This document shows positions 1 to 11,663 of a DNA stretch of 64,000 nt, one piece after another. The notes under the pieces are model-generated. The model saw only the letters and a list, made by a program, of their open reading frames with translations. It made no database searches and was not told where the DNA came from. The stretch is from Azonexus sp. (GTDB taxonomy: Bacteria > Pseudomonadota > Gammaproteobacteria > Burkholderiales > Rhodocyclaceae), in NCBI GenBank assembly GCA_049652925.1, contig JBASFI010000012.1:66095-130094 (forward strand). The letters run 5' to 3'. The translations under genes and the position numbers were made by a program. Numbering within the stretch: the first letter of the stretch is position 1; each line of letters opens with the position of its first letter.

Positions 1-399
1 CGGGGCCGCGCCGCCATCGGCATCGACCACCAGATCCATGAGCAGCACACCATCGAAGCAGATATAGGGCTGCGGCACGCGAACACCGGCGGCGGCCAGG
101 CGATACAGCGCGTCGACCTCGGCGTTCTGCCAGACCTCTTCCTGCATCTGGCGCCCGTAGCGGCTGCCTTTTTCCATGGCCCGTGCCTGCCGGCTGTTCT
201 TGACCTTGCGGCCTTCCTGGTAGGAGGTCGCCTTGCGGAAGCTGCGCTGCTTGGCGTCTTTGTAAACCTTGGCGCAACGAATGTGCTCGCCGCAACGCAC
301 GATATAGACGGTCGCTTCCTTGCCGCTCATCAACTGCCCGATCACCTCGTCTACAAGGCCTTCTTCAACGAGCGTGGTGAGTCTTTTCGGGGTTTTCAT
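1..399 (-). CDS. RIO1-family atypical protein kinase, N-terminal part (gene runs off the left edge)
   Basis: My own translation of the minus strand from the ATG at 397-399 gives MKTPKRLTTLVEEGLVDEVIGQLMSGKEATVYIVRCGEHIRCAKVYKDAKQRSFRKATSYQEGRKV... It stays open to position 1. It has the GKEAxVY glycine-loop motif typical of RIO kinases. It is absent from the ORF track because it is truncated. Confidence 0.65.
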   Translation of the reverse strand, partial: MKTPKRLTTLVEEGLVDEVIGQLMSGKEATVYIVRCGEHIRCAKVYKDAKQRSFRKATSYQEGRKVKNSRQARAMEKGSRYGRQMQEEVWQNAEVDALYRLAAAGVRVPQPYICFDGVLLMDLVVDADGGAAP

Positions 400-472
400 G
401 AACTGTTTTGATTTTCTGGCGTGGGCCAACTAAGCGGTGGAAATGACTGGTGCGGCCTCTGCCAGCGTATTG

Positions 473-730
473 CTACGGGACGAAAACCATCCCGAAAACG
501 CCGATTGAAGTGACTTTTTCGTTGACCGTCGTGTAGGACGCGACGCCAAGCGAATGGTACTGGGAAACGAACGAAGTCAGATGACCGATGCCCAGAACGC
601 GCTCGACCTGGCTCCGCTCGGCGATGGCTGTCTTGATCTTGTCGCGATGCTTTTCTGCCGAGGGGTTGAGGGCAAATGCGAGGGCAATGGCGAGGGCAAC
701 TGCAATGAGCGTCTTCATTGATTTCAGCAT
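473..730 (-). CDS. small secreted or membrane-anchored hypothetical protein
   Basis: Internal ATG of ORF 473..802 preceded by AGGAGC. The N-terminus MLKSMKTLIAVALAIALAFA looks like a signal peptide. No family recognised. Confidence 0.45.
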   Translation of the reverse strand: MLKSMKTLIAVALAIALAFALNPSAEKHRDKIKTAIAERSQVERVLGIGHLTSFVSQYHSLGVASYTTVNEKVTSIGVFGMVFVP

Positions 731-776
731 GTGTTGCTCCTGAGCAAGGTTTGGTGGCGCTGCCGGAGCCTGGCAA

Positions 777-1808
777 TCAATACCACTCCAGCAAGGAAAC
801 ACCGACGCCGTAATAATTGGCGCGGTGGTTGTAGTCGATCATGCTTTCACCGTAGCCGGTGAACCATTGCAGGTGACCGCGCAGGCTGCCGGAAAGCGGG
901 AAGGCGTAGTCGAGCTGTAGGGCGCCGTGATTGTTGCCGCCGTCTTGCAGGCTATGGCGCAGGAGCAGGGAAAACTGTTGCTTGCCCCAGATTCTGACGA
1001 TTTGCAGATCGGCCCGGCCGAGATAGTTCGAAATGTCCGGGTTGTCGTCTTGTTCACCGGCTTCCGGAATGCGCCACCAAGGGCGGAAAGTGGCTGTCCA
1101 GTAACCGTTTTCCAGGGCTATGCCGGCAATTACGCGGTTCCAGCTACGCGATAATGGTAGCGAACGGCCGTTAGACTGATGGTTGACACCGAGAGACAGG
1201 TAGCGGGCCCGCCAGCCGCCGAGTGTGTAATCGGTACGCCAGACCAGCATGACTTCGGGCTCGTGGTTGGTTTCCCGGAACGGGCGCGAAGAGCCGGCCG
1301 AATAGACCTGCCAGCGCGAAGACTGGGTGTAGCCGAACCAGAGATCGCCATTGTTGCCGAACAAATCTTCAGCCAGTTTTGTCTTCAGGCTGATCTGCAG
1401 TTTGGCTTCGTCGCTGGCCTGCTCGGTGTCGGTAGTGCTGGTGTGTCCGACAGCAGGCGATGCGGGAAAAGGGTTGGTGCGGCTGGTATGGAAGCCGGGC
1501 AGGATATAGACCGGCTTGTAGGGACGAATGCGCAGCTTGTGGCCGCGCTTGTCGGCGTCGAGTTCCCAGGCCGTTCCGAGCAGCGAGTCGCTGGCAACAG
1601 GGTCTTTCGGGTTGGCGGTGGCCGGCGTTTCCGGAGACTTGGCTGTCGGTTTTTCTTGCGGCGCGGCGGCTGGCGGACTCGCCAATGCGTCGTAACAGGT
1701 CAGACGGTTTGCGGGATCGGCGATGCGCCGGCAATCGTCGAGCGACTGGCTGTTGGCGACCAGCGGCAGGGATGCGCACAAGAGTAGGGCGGATACCTGC
1801 AGCTTCAT
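777..1808 (-). CDS. pldA: outer-membrane phospholipase A (OMPLA)
   Basis: Start at MKLQVSALLLCASLPLVANS (signal peptide), an internal ATG of ORF 777..2108. Contains the HQSNG catalytic His-x-Ser-Asn-Gly motif and an aromatic beta-barrel C-terminus ...GVSLLEWY. Confidence 0.85.
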   Translation of the reverse strand: MKLQVSALLLCASLPLVANSQSLDDCRRIADPANRLTCYDALASPPAAAPQEKPTAKSPETPATANPKDPVASDSLLGTAWELDADKRGHKLRIRPYKPVYILPGFHTSRTNPFPASPAVGHTSTTDTEQASDEAKLQISLKTKLAEDLFGNNGDLWFGYTQSSRWQVYSAGSSRPFRETNHEPEVMLVWRTDYTLGGWRARYLSLGVNHQSNGRSLPLSRSWNRVIAGIALENGYWTATFRPWWRIPEAGEQDDNPDISNYLGRADLQIVRIWGKQQFSLLLRHSLQDGGNNHGALQLDYAFPLSGSLRGHLQWFTGYGESMIDYNHRANYYGVGVSLLEWY

Positions 1809-1816
1809 GTCCAGTA

Positions 1817-3766
<1,950 letters not shown>

Positions 3767-3770
3767 TCGC

Positions 3771-3809
3771 TTTGAATTTTGGGCAAAAAAGGCGGTCGAC
3801 CGTGGAAGG
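3771..3809 (-). repeat. diverged copy of the dispersed CCGGTTGACCGTG-core repeat (copy E10), intergenic just upstream of parE
   Basis: TTTGAATTTTGGGCAAAAAAGGCGGTCGACCGTGGAAGG aligns with the family consensus GATTTCAATTTTGGGCGTTTTTCCCGGTTGACCGTGGAAGC. The core carries one substitution, and the internal T-run/CC segment appears as its complement (A-run/GG). Confidence 0.5.
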
Positions 3810-3906
3810 CATTGCGGGCAGGATTCTAGCCGTTTTCTGGACAAGCGCACGGCTTATGCGCCATGGCATAATTGCAATTCCCTCTGGATTTGCCGAGGAG
3901 ACTTTC

Positions 3907-4098
3907 ATGGAAAATAAAATGTCCGAAGCCACACAGCAGCAGCGTCGCGCTGATCGCCGCGTCTGCACGCACATTTCGCCGCCGCCGTATGAGACCCGCG
4001 ATGGTCGGGTGATGACCGACCGCCGTTCGGCCATCGATCGGCGAGCTTCGTGGATTCGCGAATTTTCGCTCGATAGTTTTAACGGCCGGGAATCCTGA
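3907..4098 (+). CDS. small hypothetical protein (63 aa) with DRR-rich repeats
   Basis: ATG preceded by GAGGAG. The stop overlaps the next gene start (TGATG). No family recognised. Confidence 0.4.
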   Translation: MENKMSEATQQQRRADRRVCTHISPPPYETRDGRVMTDRRSAIDRRASWIREFSLDSFNGRES

Positions 4099-5021
4099 TG
4101 GCCGGTGCCAGCCTGCTCGTCCTGATCGACGACATTGCCACGATTCTCGACGATGTGGCCGTATTGACCAAGGTAGCTGCCAAGAAAACAGCCGGCGTGC
4201 TGGGCGACGATCTGGCGCTCAATGCGCAGCAGGTCGCCGGCGTGGCGGCTGAACGCGAATTGCCGGTGGTCTGGGCGGTCTGTGTCGGTTCGCTGAAAAA
4301 CAAGTTGATCCTCGTGCCGGCGGCCCTGGCGATCAGCGCTTTCATACCGTGGGCCGTAACTCCCTTGCTCATGATCGGCGGCATTTACCTGTGCCTCGAG
4401 GGGGTCGAGAAACTGGCCCACCCCTGGCTGCATAGTGCGGACGAGGACGCAGCTCACCATGCCGAGGAACTGGCCGCGGTAGCCGATGAAACGGTCGATA
4501 TGGCGGCTTTCGAGGCGGAAAAGATCAAGGGCGCCATTCGCACCGATTTCGTCCTGTCGGCCGAAATCATTGTTATCGCGCTGGGCACCGTCGCAGCGCA
4601 GCCCTTCACCACGCAATTGACCGTGCTGGCCGGGATCGGGCTGATCATGACCATCGGTGTTTATGGAATCGTCGCCGGCATCGTCAAGATGGACGACGTT
4701 GGCGCCTGGCTGCTGCTCAAGGGACACGGCGTCATGAAAGTCATCGGCAAGGGCTTGTTGCTGGCGGCGCCGAAACTCATGAAGCTGCTGACCATCGTCG
4801 GCACGGCAGCGATGTTTCTGGTTGGCGGCGGCATCCTTTCGCACGGTATTCCGCCGGTCCACCATGGCATCGAACAGGTGGCTGAAATGGCCGGGATGAT
4901 GAGCGGCGTTGTTTCGATGTCGCTCGATGCGGTCGTTGGCGTCGTTGCCGGCGCCGTCGCCTTGCTCGGCATGCTGGCGTTTTCGGCCGTACGCGCGAAA
5001 TTCAAGGGAGTTGAGGCATGA
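4098..5021 (+). CDS. DUF808 (YedI-like) inner-membrane protein
   Basis: N-terminus [46 protein letters not shown] is characteristic of DUF808. Several hydrophobic helices follow. Confidence 0.8.
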   Translation: MAGASLLVLIDDIATILDDVAVLTKVAAKKTAGVLGDDLALNAQQVAGVAAERELPVVWAVCVGSLKNKLILVPAALAISAFIPWAVTPLLMIGGIYLCLEGVEKLAHPWLHSADEDAAHHAEELAAVADETVDMAAFEAEKIKGAIRTDFVLSAEIIVIALGTVAAQPFTTQLTVLAGIGLIMTIGVYGIVAGIVKMDDVGAWLLLKGHGVMKVIGKGLLLAAPKLMKLLTIVGTAAMFLVGGGILSHGIPPVHHGIEQVAEMAGMMSGVVSMSLDAVVGVVAGAVALLGMLAFSAVRAKFKGVEA

Positions 5022-6064
5022 GCAAGGCGCTGCGTCTGTCGGAAAAGTGGTTTCGTTTCGGGCTGTGGATCGTCGCCTTCGTTTTTGCCAGCTTCCTGAT
5101 CGGGCTGGGCGGGACGATTGTCGAGAACCTGCCGAAGGTCGAGCACCGCGTCACGCTCGACGATTTCATCGACCAGCAGGCCGCCGCGCCGCTGCGCGCC
5201 GAACTCAAGGCGATGCAGGAAAAACGCCAGGTGGCGCAGGATGCCCACGATCAGGCGCAACTGAAACTCAATGGCGCCCGTGCCAACTCGGCTGCTGCCC
5301 GTGACACCTTCAATAACTGGCTGGCGACGCGGCACGCCACCAAGCGCCCGGAGCAGGACGCCGAACTGATAGCACGCACGCAGGCGCTTGATGAGCTCAA
5401 GATTCTCGAACGCAAGGCGCTGTCGAATGTCGAGCGCGAGCAGCAAGATTTACTCGACGCCCGTCAGGCCGAAGACCGCGCACAGCGCGATCTGCGCGAA
5501 CTGGAACGCTCCGCCTCTGAAAAGCTGTTCGCCGAGCAGCGCAGCCAGGAATTGCGCGTTTTCGGCTATCGCCTAGCGCTGACTTTGCCGCTGCTAGTCA
5601 TCGCTGGCTGGCTCTTCGCCAAAAAGCGCCAGAGCACATGGTGGCCGTTCGTCTGGGGTTTCATATACTTCGCGCTGTTCGCCTTCTTCGTTGAGCTCGT
5701 GCCTTACCTGCCAAGCTACGGTGGCTACGTGCGCTACGCGGTCGGTATCGTCATCACCGTGCTGGTCGGCCGCTACGCCATCATCGCGCTGAATCGCTAC
5801 CTCGAAAAACAGAAGCAGGCCGAGGCCATGCCCGATGTCGAGCGCCGCAAGGAACTGAGCTACGACACGGCGCTGGCCCGGCTGGCCAAGAAAGTCTGCC
5901 CTGGCTGCGAGCGGCCGGTCGATCTGACCAACACCGCCATCGATTTCTGCCCGCATTGCGGCATCTGCCTGTTCGACCATTGTGGTCGCTGCCAGGAGCG
6001 CAAGAGCGCCTTCGCGCATTTCTGCCACGCCTGCGGTGCGGCGGCTCAGGGCGGCGCCGGCTGA
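5018..6064 (+). CDS. membrane protein with a long coiled-coil and a C-terminal Cys-rich zinc-ribbon
   Basis: ATGA overlap with the DUF808 gene. It has an N-terminal TM helix, a Glu/Arg/Gln-rich coiled-coil, three more TM helices, and then CPGCERPV...[16 protein letters not shown]...CHACG. Confidence 0.65.
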   Translation: MSKALRLSEKWFRFGLWIVAFVFASFLIGLGGTIVENLPKVEHRVTLDDFIDQQAAAPLRAELKAMQEKRQVAQDAHDQAQLKLNGARANSAAARDTFNNWLATRHATKRPEQDAELIARTQALDELKILERKALSNVEREQQDLLDARQAEDRAQRDLRELERSASEKLFAEQRSQELRVFGYRLALTLPLLVIAGWLFAKKRQSTWWPFVWGFIYFALFAFFVELVPYLPSYGGYVRYAVGIVITVLVGRYAIIALNRYLEKQKQAEAMPDVERRKELSYDTALARLAKKVCPGCERPVDLTNTAIDFCPHCGICLFDHCGRCQERKSAFAHFCHACGAAAQGGAG

Positions 6065-6084
6065 TTTTTTGCCCGCCGGTCGGC

Positions 6085-6123
6085 TTCCACGGTCAACCGG
6101 GAAAAACGCCCAAAATTGAAATC
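6085..6123 (+). repeat. dispersed CCGGTTGACCGTG-core repeat, copy E1 (intergenic)
   Basis: TTCCACGGTCAACCGGGAAAAACGCCCAAAATTGAAATC. An imperfect inverted arm TTTTGCCCG (6067-6075) can pair with CGCCCAAAA (6107-6115). Confidence 0.85.
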
Positions 6124-6217
6124 CTGGCCGGACGCTTACAAGTCGTAACAAAACGACGTCGGTTCCTTGCAGCCGTCCTGCGTTATTCACTTACTACCCC
6201 ACCAAAGGAGATAAGTG

Positions 6218-6331
6218 ATGAAAAGAATTATTGCCGGCCTGCTTGTTGCGATTACGCTCAGCGGCTGCTTCCCGATATTCGTCCCGGTTGGCCACCACGG
6301 TCACCATGGCCATTACGGCCACCGCCGGTAA
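6218..6331 (+). CDS. 37-aa His-rich lipoprotein candidate
   Basis: AAGGAG lies 7 nt upstream of the ATG. My own translation is MKRIIAGLLVAITLSGCFPIFVPVGHHGHHGHYGHRR, with an L-S-G-C lipobox. It is below the size cutoff of the ORF track. Confidence 0.45.
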   Translation: MKRIIAGLLVAITLSGCFPIFVPVGHHGHHGHYGHRR

Positions 6332-6349
6332 GTGGAAAAGTCGTCAAAT

Positions 6350-6371
6350 GGCCAGCCTTGACGGGCTGGCC
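6350..6371. terminator. perfect 8-bp stem hairpin between convergent genes
   Basis: GGCCAGCC-ttgacg-GGCTGGCC lies between the stop of the small lipoprotein ORF (6331) and the stop of the last eCIS gene (6387). Only a weak T-tract follows. Confidence 0.35.
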
Positions 6372-6386
6372 ATTGCACAATGCGCT

Positions 6387-9300
6387 TTAAATCGGCACCA
6401 CATTCAAGCCGCCGTTGCCGAAACTCTCCGGATTGGCACCACCAACGAAAAGTTTGAAATCGTTGTCGGCGAAATTGCCGATGACCTTGGCCTGCCTGGC
6501 CAGCAGTAGCCCGACGTTGCCTTGCGGTTCCAGCGTGTTGCCGTTGAAGGCACAATTGAATCCCGGATAGTGATCTTCCTCGCTGTCGATGCGATTGTTG
6601 GTGACCTGCAGGTTGTGCCAGACAGGGATGCTTCCCTGGGCGCTGTCGATCACCTTGGCCCAGGCTTTGCCGCTGATCCGCAGGCCCTGAAGCTCGTTTC
6701 GTTCAACGACCAGAGTGCCGCTGTCATCGAAAGTCACGGCCCCTGCCTTGAGTGCCGCGCTCAGGCGTTGCAACTGGTCGGTGTTGATGTCGGGCAAGTC
6801 GTCGGACTCGCCGAACAGTGTGATCCGGCCACGCACCCGGTTGTTGATCAGGCTGGCATCATCGGTGTCGTCGAGCGCCAGCGCAAAGGCCGGGGTGGCG
6901 GCACGCAGGGCGTCGGCGAGTTGATCGAGGGCCTTGCTCAGGCCGGCCGCCGTTGAATTCCGGCTGACGACGACGCGCAGGTTGTTGAGGCTGGTCTGTT
7001 CGCGGCTACTGAGGTTCACCAGGTCATTGCTGCGCAGGAGGGTGCTGATCTCGGCCGCCATTTTCTTGCGGTCTGCCGCGCTGAGGGCGGCGATGGCTTC
7101 GGAGGCCTCGTTCAGGCTGCCATCAAGAATGGCGGTGGGGCCGAAGGCATTCCTGTTCGCGGCGAGGCTGGGGACGCGCTGGAGAACGAAATCCAGTTTT
7201 TCGTTGTTGTTCTCTGTAGCAAGGGCGAAAACGGTACAGTCTTCAATCAGTAGACGCGCGCTACCGGCAATTTGCAGCAAGCTGTTGCCGGTCGTTGATG
7301 TACCAAAGAACTCCACATGGCTGAAGTTGATGTTGTGGCATTTCAGGAAGGTGAAATTGCTTTCGCTCCCCCAGTTCACCAGGGTGAAGTCCTTCAAACT
7401 CAGCGACCCGAAGGCGTCGAACTTGAACTCTTGCTGCTTGAGGACCAGTCGGCTGGCCGGGCCGGCGCCGTGGATGCAGATGTGGTGGCGTGACGTCCCG
7501 GTCAGGCTGAGGTCGTCGGCCAACCGGTGGTTCCCGGGTAGCAGGCAAATGCAGATGTCGCGGCGGTCTTCAGTGATCAGGGCGCGCAGGGCGCCATCTA
7601 GCGTCTCGTATTCGCCAGTCAGGCCGACCGTGACGCAACAACCACCGTCACCCAGCGGGCGCTTGCACAGCGTGTCGATGGCGTCCTGCACGGTGTAGGC
7701 CTCGGCCGCCACCAGGTCAGGGCAAGCGGTGGGGTCGTAGGCGACGCCGCTAGCCAGCGCCAATTGGGCGCTGAAATGCACCGGAAGATAACGCCCGGCC
7801 ACGATCTGGCCGGCAACCAGCAACTCGGCCGTGGCGTGCTGGACGGGTTTGGCCGGATCGGAGTCGAGTGACCAGGCGATGCTGGCAACCCCGTCAGCCA
7901 GCGTATCGACCTCCTGAATTTTCGTCCCATTGGGCAACAGTCCATCGCTTGCCGTGAAGCGGACCCGCGCCCCGACGACCGGGAACTGGCCGTTGGCGAC
8001 GCCGACCTGCAGCGGGCTGGGCAGCGCGACCAGGGCCGGCGTGTTGGACGGATTGGTCTTGATGCTCTGGCCGTCGCCGCCGACGTAATGGAGCTGGGTC
8101 AGCTCGGTCAGGCTGGGGAAAAGCGGGCGGCAGTCCGCTTTGAGGATCCAGGCGCCAGCCTTGAATTCGAGCAGGGCCAGGCGGGCGAAAGCGCGTAAAA
8201 CACCGGCCGGCGAGAGAAAGGCCGGCTTGCCATTTTCCTGCGGCCATTCGATGGCCGCCGTGGCAGTGCGGGCGGGAATCAGCCAGTAGTCGCCAATCCG
8301 GTAGCGGCCTGGCGCGAACTTGAGTTCAATGCCGTCCTGCGCCAGTTCCTCCCAGCCGGTAGCCGAGTTGATGGCCGAGGGGCTGATCTCGGCCATGCCA
8401 TCCCAGCGCCGGACACGTGGATTGCGTGGGAACATAGCCTGGTCCAGGGCATGGCCGATCAGCTTGGTCAGGTCGACGGTGACGACATTGCCTTCGGTGC
8501 GGATGACCGGCACGAGCGGGCCGGGCTGGCCGAGCAGCTCGTGCGTGTCGTCGTAAAACTCGACCCAGCAACCGGCGGTGATGGCCAACACATCATCGCG
8601 GCCGATGCTGGCAACCTCGAATTCGTTGGCAATCGGGTCGTTGAGCCAGCGGACGACCCGGCTGGCCAGGCTGCCGTTGTCGCGCGACCACTTGTAGCGG
8701 GCCTTGCCGGTGACGCTCGCATCGTCGTGAATCTCGACGCGGTAGAGATGGTTTTCGAGCAAGCGGTAGCCGGCTTCCGGCGGCAACTGGCAGGGCGTCT
8801 TGGGTGGGATGCTGGCTTCGGCCCGGGCAGCGAGACGGCCATCGGGTGCCGCGGTCAACGTGCTCCAGGCGGCAATATTCGACAGGCAGGTGAGCGGCGC
8901 ATCGAGTTCGCCGGCGCGCAGTAGCTTGACCTGCCAGACGGTTTTCTCACGGGTGCAGGTATCGGGCCCGCCGAGCGCCACTTCGCGCATGCTCGTGTCG
9001 TCCACCGGCAGATCGAGCGGGCTCAGATGGCGCTGCCAGGCTTCGAGGTAGGCGAGATAGGTGCCGTCAGGCGGGGCCACGGCGTTGCCGGCACTGAAGA
9101 CGACGACGCCGGTAATGCTCGCCGCCGTGACGCCGACGGGCGGCAGTGGCAGCAGCGAAGCACCCGCCGGCAGCACTGGAGAAGCGGTGTCGGGCAGGTC
9201 GGGCTGGTCGGCGACCGTCGTGGCGGCCGTGTTTTCGCAGAGCAGACCATCGACGTAGAGGCGTCCGGCCGAGATGCCCAGATCGGTGCCGGCCGGCGTC

Positions 9301-9494
9301 AGGCCGAAGCCGGGATTGTCGATGGGCACGGCAACCGGCCCGAGGCTGTCGCGCGTCTCGATCTCGATACGATGGTTGAGGATGTCCTGCTGCTCGTTGA
9401 AATCGGCGTCTAGCTGCACGCGGCCCTGTTGCATCCGCACGCTGCGGTAGCGTCTGGCCTTGTCGAAGGTGGCGCGGCTGAGGTCGGCTTTCAT
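6387..9494 (-). CDS. eCIS distal gene: large fibre-like or receptor-binding-like protein with a C-terminal right-handed beta-helix-like region
   Basis: GGGAGAG RBS. The 1035 aa protein starts MKADLSRATFDKARRYRSVRMQQGRVQLDADFNEQQD. The C-terminal half has repeated short N/G/V-rich rungs (NNRVRGRITLFGES, VTNNRIDSEED, VIGNFADNDF). It is the last gene of the tail operon. Confidence 0.7.
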   Translation of the reverse strand: MKADLSRATFDKARRYRSVRMQQGRVQLDADFNEQQDILNHRIEIETRDSLGPVAVPIDNPGFGLTPAGTDLGISAGRLYVDGLLCENTAATTVADQPDLPDTASPVLPAGASLLPLPPVGVTAASITGVVVFSAGNAVAPPDGTYLAYLEAWQRHLSPLDLPVDDTSMREVALGGPDTCTREKTVWQVKLLRAGELDAPLTCLSNIAAWSTLTAAPDGRLAARAEASIPPKTPCQLPPEAGYRLLENHLYRVEIHDDASVTGKARYKWSRDNGSLASRVVRWLNDPIANEFEVASIGRDDVLAITAGCWVEFYDDTHELLGQPGPLVPVIRTEGNVVTVDLTKLIGHALDQAMFPRNPRVRRWDGMAEISPSAINSATGWEELAQDGIELKFAPGRYRIGDYWLIPARTATAAIEWPQENGKPAFLSPAGVLRAFARLALLEFKAGAWILKADCRPLFPSLTELTQLHYVGGDGQSIKTNPSNTPALVALPSPLQVGVANGQFPVVGARVRFTASDGLLPNGTKIQEVDTLADGVASIAWSLDSDPAKPVQHATAELLVAGQIVAGRYLPVHFSAQLALASGVAYDPTACPDLVAAEAYTVQDAIDTLCKRPLGDGGCCVTVGLTGEYETLDGALRALITEDRRDICICLLPGNHRLADDLSLTGTSRHHICIHGAGPASRLVLKQQEFKFDAFGSLSLKDFTLVNWGSESNFTFLKCHNINFSHVEFFGTSTTGNSLLQIAGSARLLIEDCTVFALATENNNEKLDFVLQRVPSLAANRNAFGPTAILDGSLNEASEAIAALSAADRKKMAAEISTLLRSNDLVNLSSREQTSLNNLRVVVSRNSTAAGLSKALDQLADALRAATPAFALALDDTDDASLINNRVRGRITLFGESDDLPDINTDQLQRLSAALKAGAVTFDDSGTLVVERNELQGLRISGKAWAKVIDSAQGSIPVWHNLQVTNNRIDSEEDHYPGFNCAFNGNTLEPQGNVGLLLARQAKVIGNFADNDFKLFVGGANPESFGNGGLNVVPI

Positions 9495-9524
9495 TGTGTC
9501 TCTCCCGGTTTTTGTCTAGTGGGG

Positions 9525-11663
9525 CTAATTGACGAAAATCGCGGCCGTTTCGAGGCCGAAACGCAGGTATTCGTCCAGCGCCAGCGCCAGATTGGCTTCG
9601 CGCTGCGGTTGCTGGAGCAGGTTCCAGACACCCATCTCGGCACCGTTGTCGGAGCCGGTCCGGATTTCCGGGGCGGTGGTTCGCGTCAGCTGGCCGTAGG
9701 CCGGCGTGTTGAAGCGGGTGCTGGTGAAAGCGGGCGTGACACGCGTTGCTTCGCGGGCGGCGTCGGCGGTAGGTAAATCGGTCATGACCAGATCTGGCTG
9801 GCAGCGATGGCGGCGCGGCGTCACGGACTTTGGCGGCAGGTAGCTGTAGCGGACACAGCCTTCCTGGCGGCGGGCGATGGTGACCAGTCCGTCGAACAGG
9901 CAGTTGCTGGCCTCCAGCCGGCCGGCCGCCGTCGTTCCGAGCAGGGTGCAGGCGATGACGGTGAGCGGGCTGTCATCGACATCGAGCGCGATGTTGCCGC
10001 CTTCGCCATCGATCAGGCAGTCGCGCAGCGCGACGGCGGCGAGTGGCCGGTTGCAGCGTAGCGGGCCGCTCAGGCAGCGGTACAGGCTCAGCGTGAGGTC
10101 GGTGCCGGTTCCTGTGTGGGCGATACCGCCTTTGGACGGTACCAGGCTGCAATGGCGCAGGGTGACGGCGTGCAACGCGCCTTGCAGATTCAGGGCGCCG
10201 TCGAGCAACAGGCCGCCCAGGCTGAGCCGCGTGCTGGCGTTTCCTTGCAGCGAAAAGTCGCCGACCAGCACCGGGCGCCGGCCGGGTGCGGCCTGGATGG
10301 CAAGGTGGCTGTCGGGCAGGTCGAGTACGGGCGCGACGGCTTCGGTTGCATCGGTGTTGAGGACGAGCAGCGTGCGTTTTCCGGCGACGACGCGGTTCAC
10401 CGCATCAGCCGGGTTGGCCGGGGCGTTGAAGGCCGAGGCGAGGGTGGGCGTCGCGGCGTTGGGAATGTGGATGACGACGTCGAAATCGGCCGCTGCGGGC
10501 AGGGCAGCCAGCGGATCGTTGTCGCCCGGGCCGGGGCGCTGGTCGTAGGGGCCGGCCCCGATGTCGCCGGGGAAACCGTAGGCGTAGCTGACTTCGACAC
10601 TGGTCGCGGTGACGCCTTCAGGCAGGGCCAGGCGACCGCGCCGTGGGTCGATACCGACCAATATGCCGCCGGCGGCCGGGAAAGTCATGTCCGGTCGGCC
10701 GGCCTTGCGGGCGGCGACGGTGAGCGTGGCTGGCGGGTGACGCCAGTCTTCCGGCACCACCGTGGGAATCGGGCTGAGGTCGCAGATCACCAGGTGTTCG
10801 ACCGGCACTTCGCTGTCGTCGATCCAGACGCGCAGCACCGGGCCGCCGCCGGCTTCGGCGAAATACTGGTCGTCGGGGTCTTCGCCGTCTGTCAGGGCTT
10901 GTCGGCGGGCTTCGAGTTCGGCGTGCAGGTCGCGCCAGTGCAGCACTTCCGGGACGTTGATTGGTTCGGCCAGATGGCTGATGTCCGTCTCGGTGCGTGG
11001 CCGGTTGAACAGCGGCTGGTCGAGGCCGAGCGGGTCGAAGGTGTAGAAGCCAGGCCGCGTCGTCGCCGGGCGGGCGGTGGCGCGCTGCACCGGGTAGGCT
11101 TGCAGGCGCCAGAGGAAAAGGCCGACATTCGGCAGGTTGTAGCGGCCGGCCGGCAGGGCGCGGATGTCTGCAGTGTGCGCTTCGCTGCCGAATGGGCCGT
11201 CGATGCGGTCAAGCGGCCGTGCCTGCCGGAGATCCGGCGTGCGCAGGGAATGCGGCCGCAGATGATTCAAATATTGGGTAGTCGATACCCGTTCGAAGAA
11301 CTCGACGGCACGGGCGCGCCAGCCGGTGGTGTCGAAGGCCAGTTCTTCAAGAACGAGCGCCGTGCCCTTGCGCCGGCGCAGGCGCAGGGTGTTGGCGACC
11401 AGTGCGCGCGGACCGAAAGCGGCGGTGCCACCGACCGGATAGAGGGCGCGCACGCCGAGCAGGTCGCCGATATAGGGCACTACCCAGTCTTCGCAGGTTT
11501 CGATGAAGGCGTTGTCGTAGAGCCGTTCGATATCGGCTTCGACGAGCGCGCCCTGGCGGGCGATGACGCCGAGCAGGGCGCGCAGCGGGTCGCCCGCTTC
11601 GGCGTCGCGCTCGCGGTAGAAGGCGGGCAGTAGGCTGAGCAGGATATCGGCGTCGAGTTTCAT
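9525..11663 (-). CDS. phage tail protein I (P2 gpI)-like baseplate wedge protein with a beta-helix-like C-terminal part
   Basis: N-terminus MKLDADILLSLLPAFYRERDAEAGDPLRALLGVIARQ...DNAFIETCEDWVVPYIGDLLGV resembles the gpI/TIGR02242-type tail protein. ATGA overlap with the upstream gene. Confidence 0.7.
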   Translation of the reverse strand: MKLDADILLSLLPAFYRERDAEAGDPLRALLGVIARQGALVEADIERLYDNAFIETCEDWVVPYIGDLLGVRALYPVGGTAAFGPRALVANTLRLRRRKGTALVLEELAFDTTGWRARAVEFFERVSTTQYLNHLRPHSLRTPDLRQARPLDRIDGPFGSEAHTADIRALPAGRYNLPNVGLFLWRLQAYPVQRATARPATTRPGFYTFDPLGLDQPLFNRPRTETDISHLAEPINVPEVLHWRDLHAELEARRQALTDGEDPDDQYFAEAGGGPVLRVWIDDSEVPVEHLVICDLSPIPTVVPEDWRHPPATLTVAARKAGRPDMTFPAAGGILVGIDPRRGRLALPEGVTATSVEVSYAYGFPGDIGAGPYDQRPGPGDNDPLAALPAAADFDVVIHIPNAATPTLASAFNAPANPADAVNRVVAGKRTLLVLNTDATEAVAPVLDLPDSHLAIQAAPGRRPVLVGDFSLQGNASTRLSLGGLLLDGALNLQGALHAVTLRHCSLVPSKGGIAHTGTGTDLTLSLYRCLSGPLRCNRPLAAVALRDCLIDGEGGNIALDVDDSPLTVIACTLLGTTAAGRLEASNCLFDGLVTIARRQEGCVRYSYLPPKSVTPRRHRCQPDLVMTDLPTADAAREATRVTPAFTSTRFNTPAYGQLTRTTAPEIRTGSDNGAEMGVWNLLQQPQREANLALALDEYLRFGLETAAIFVN

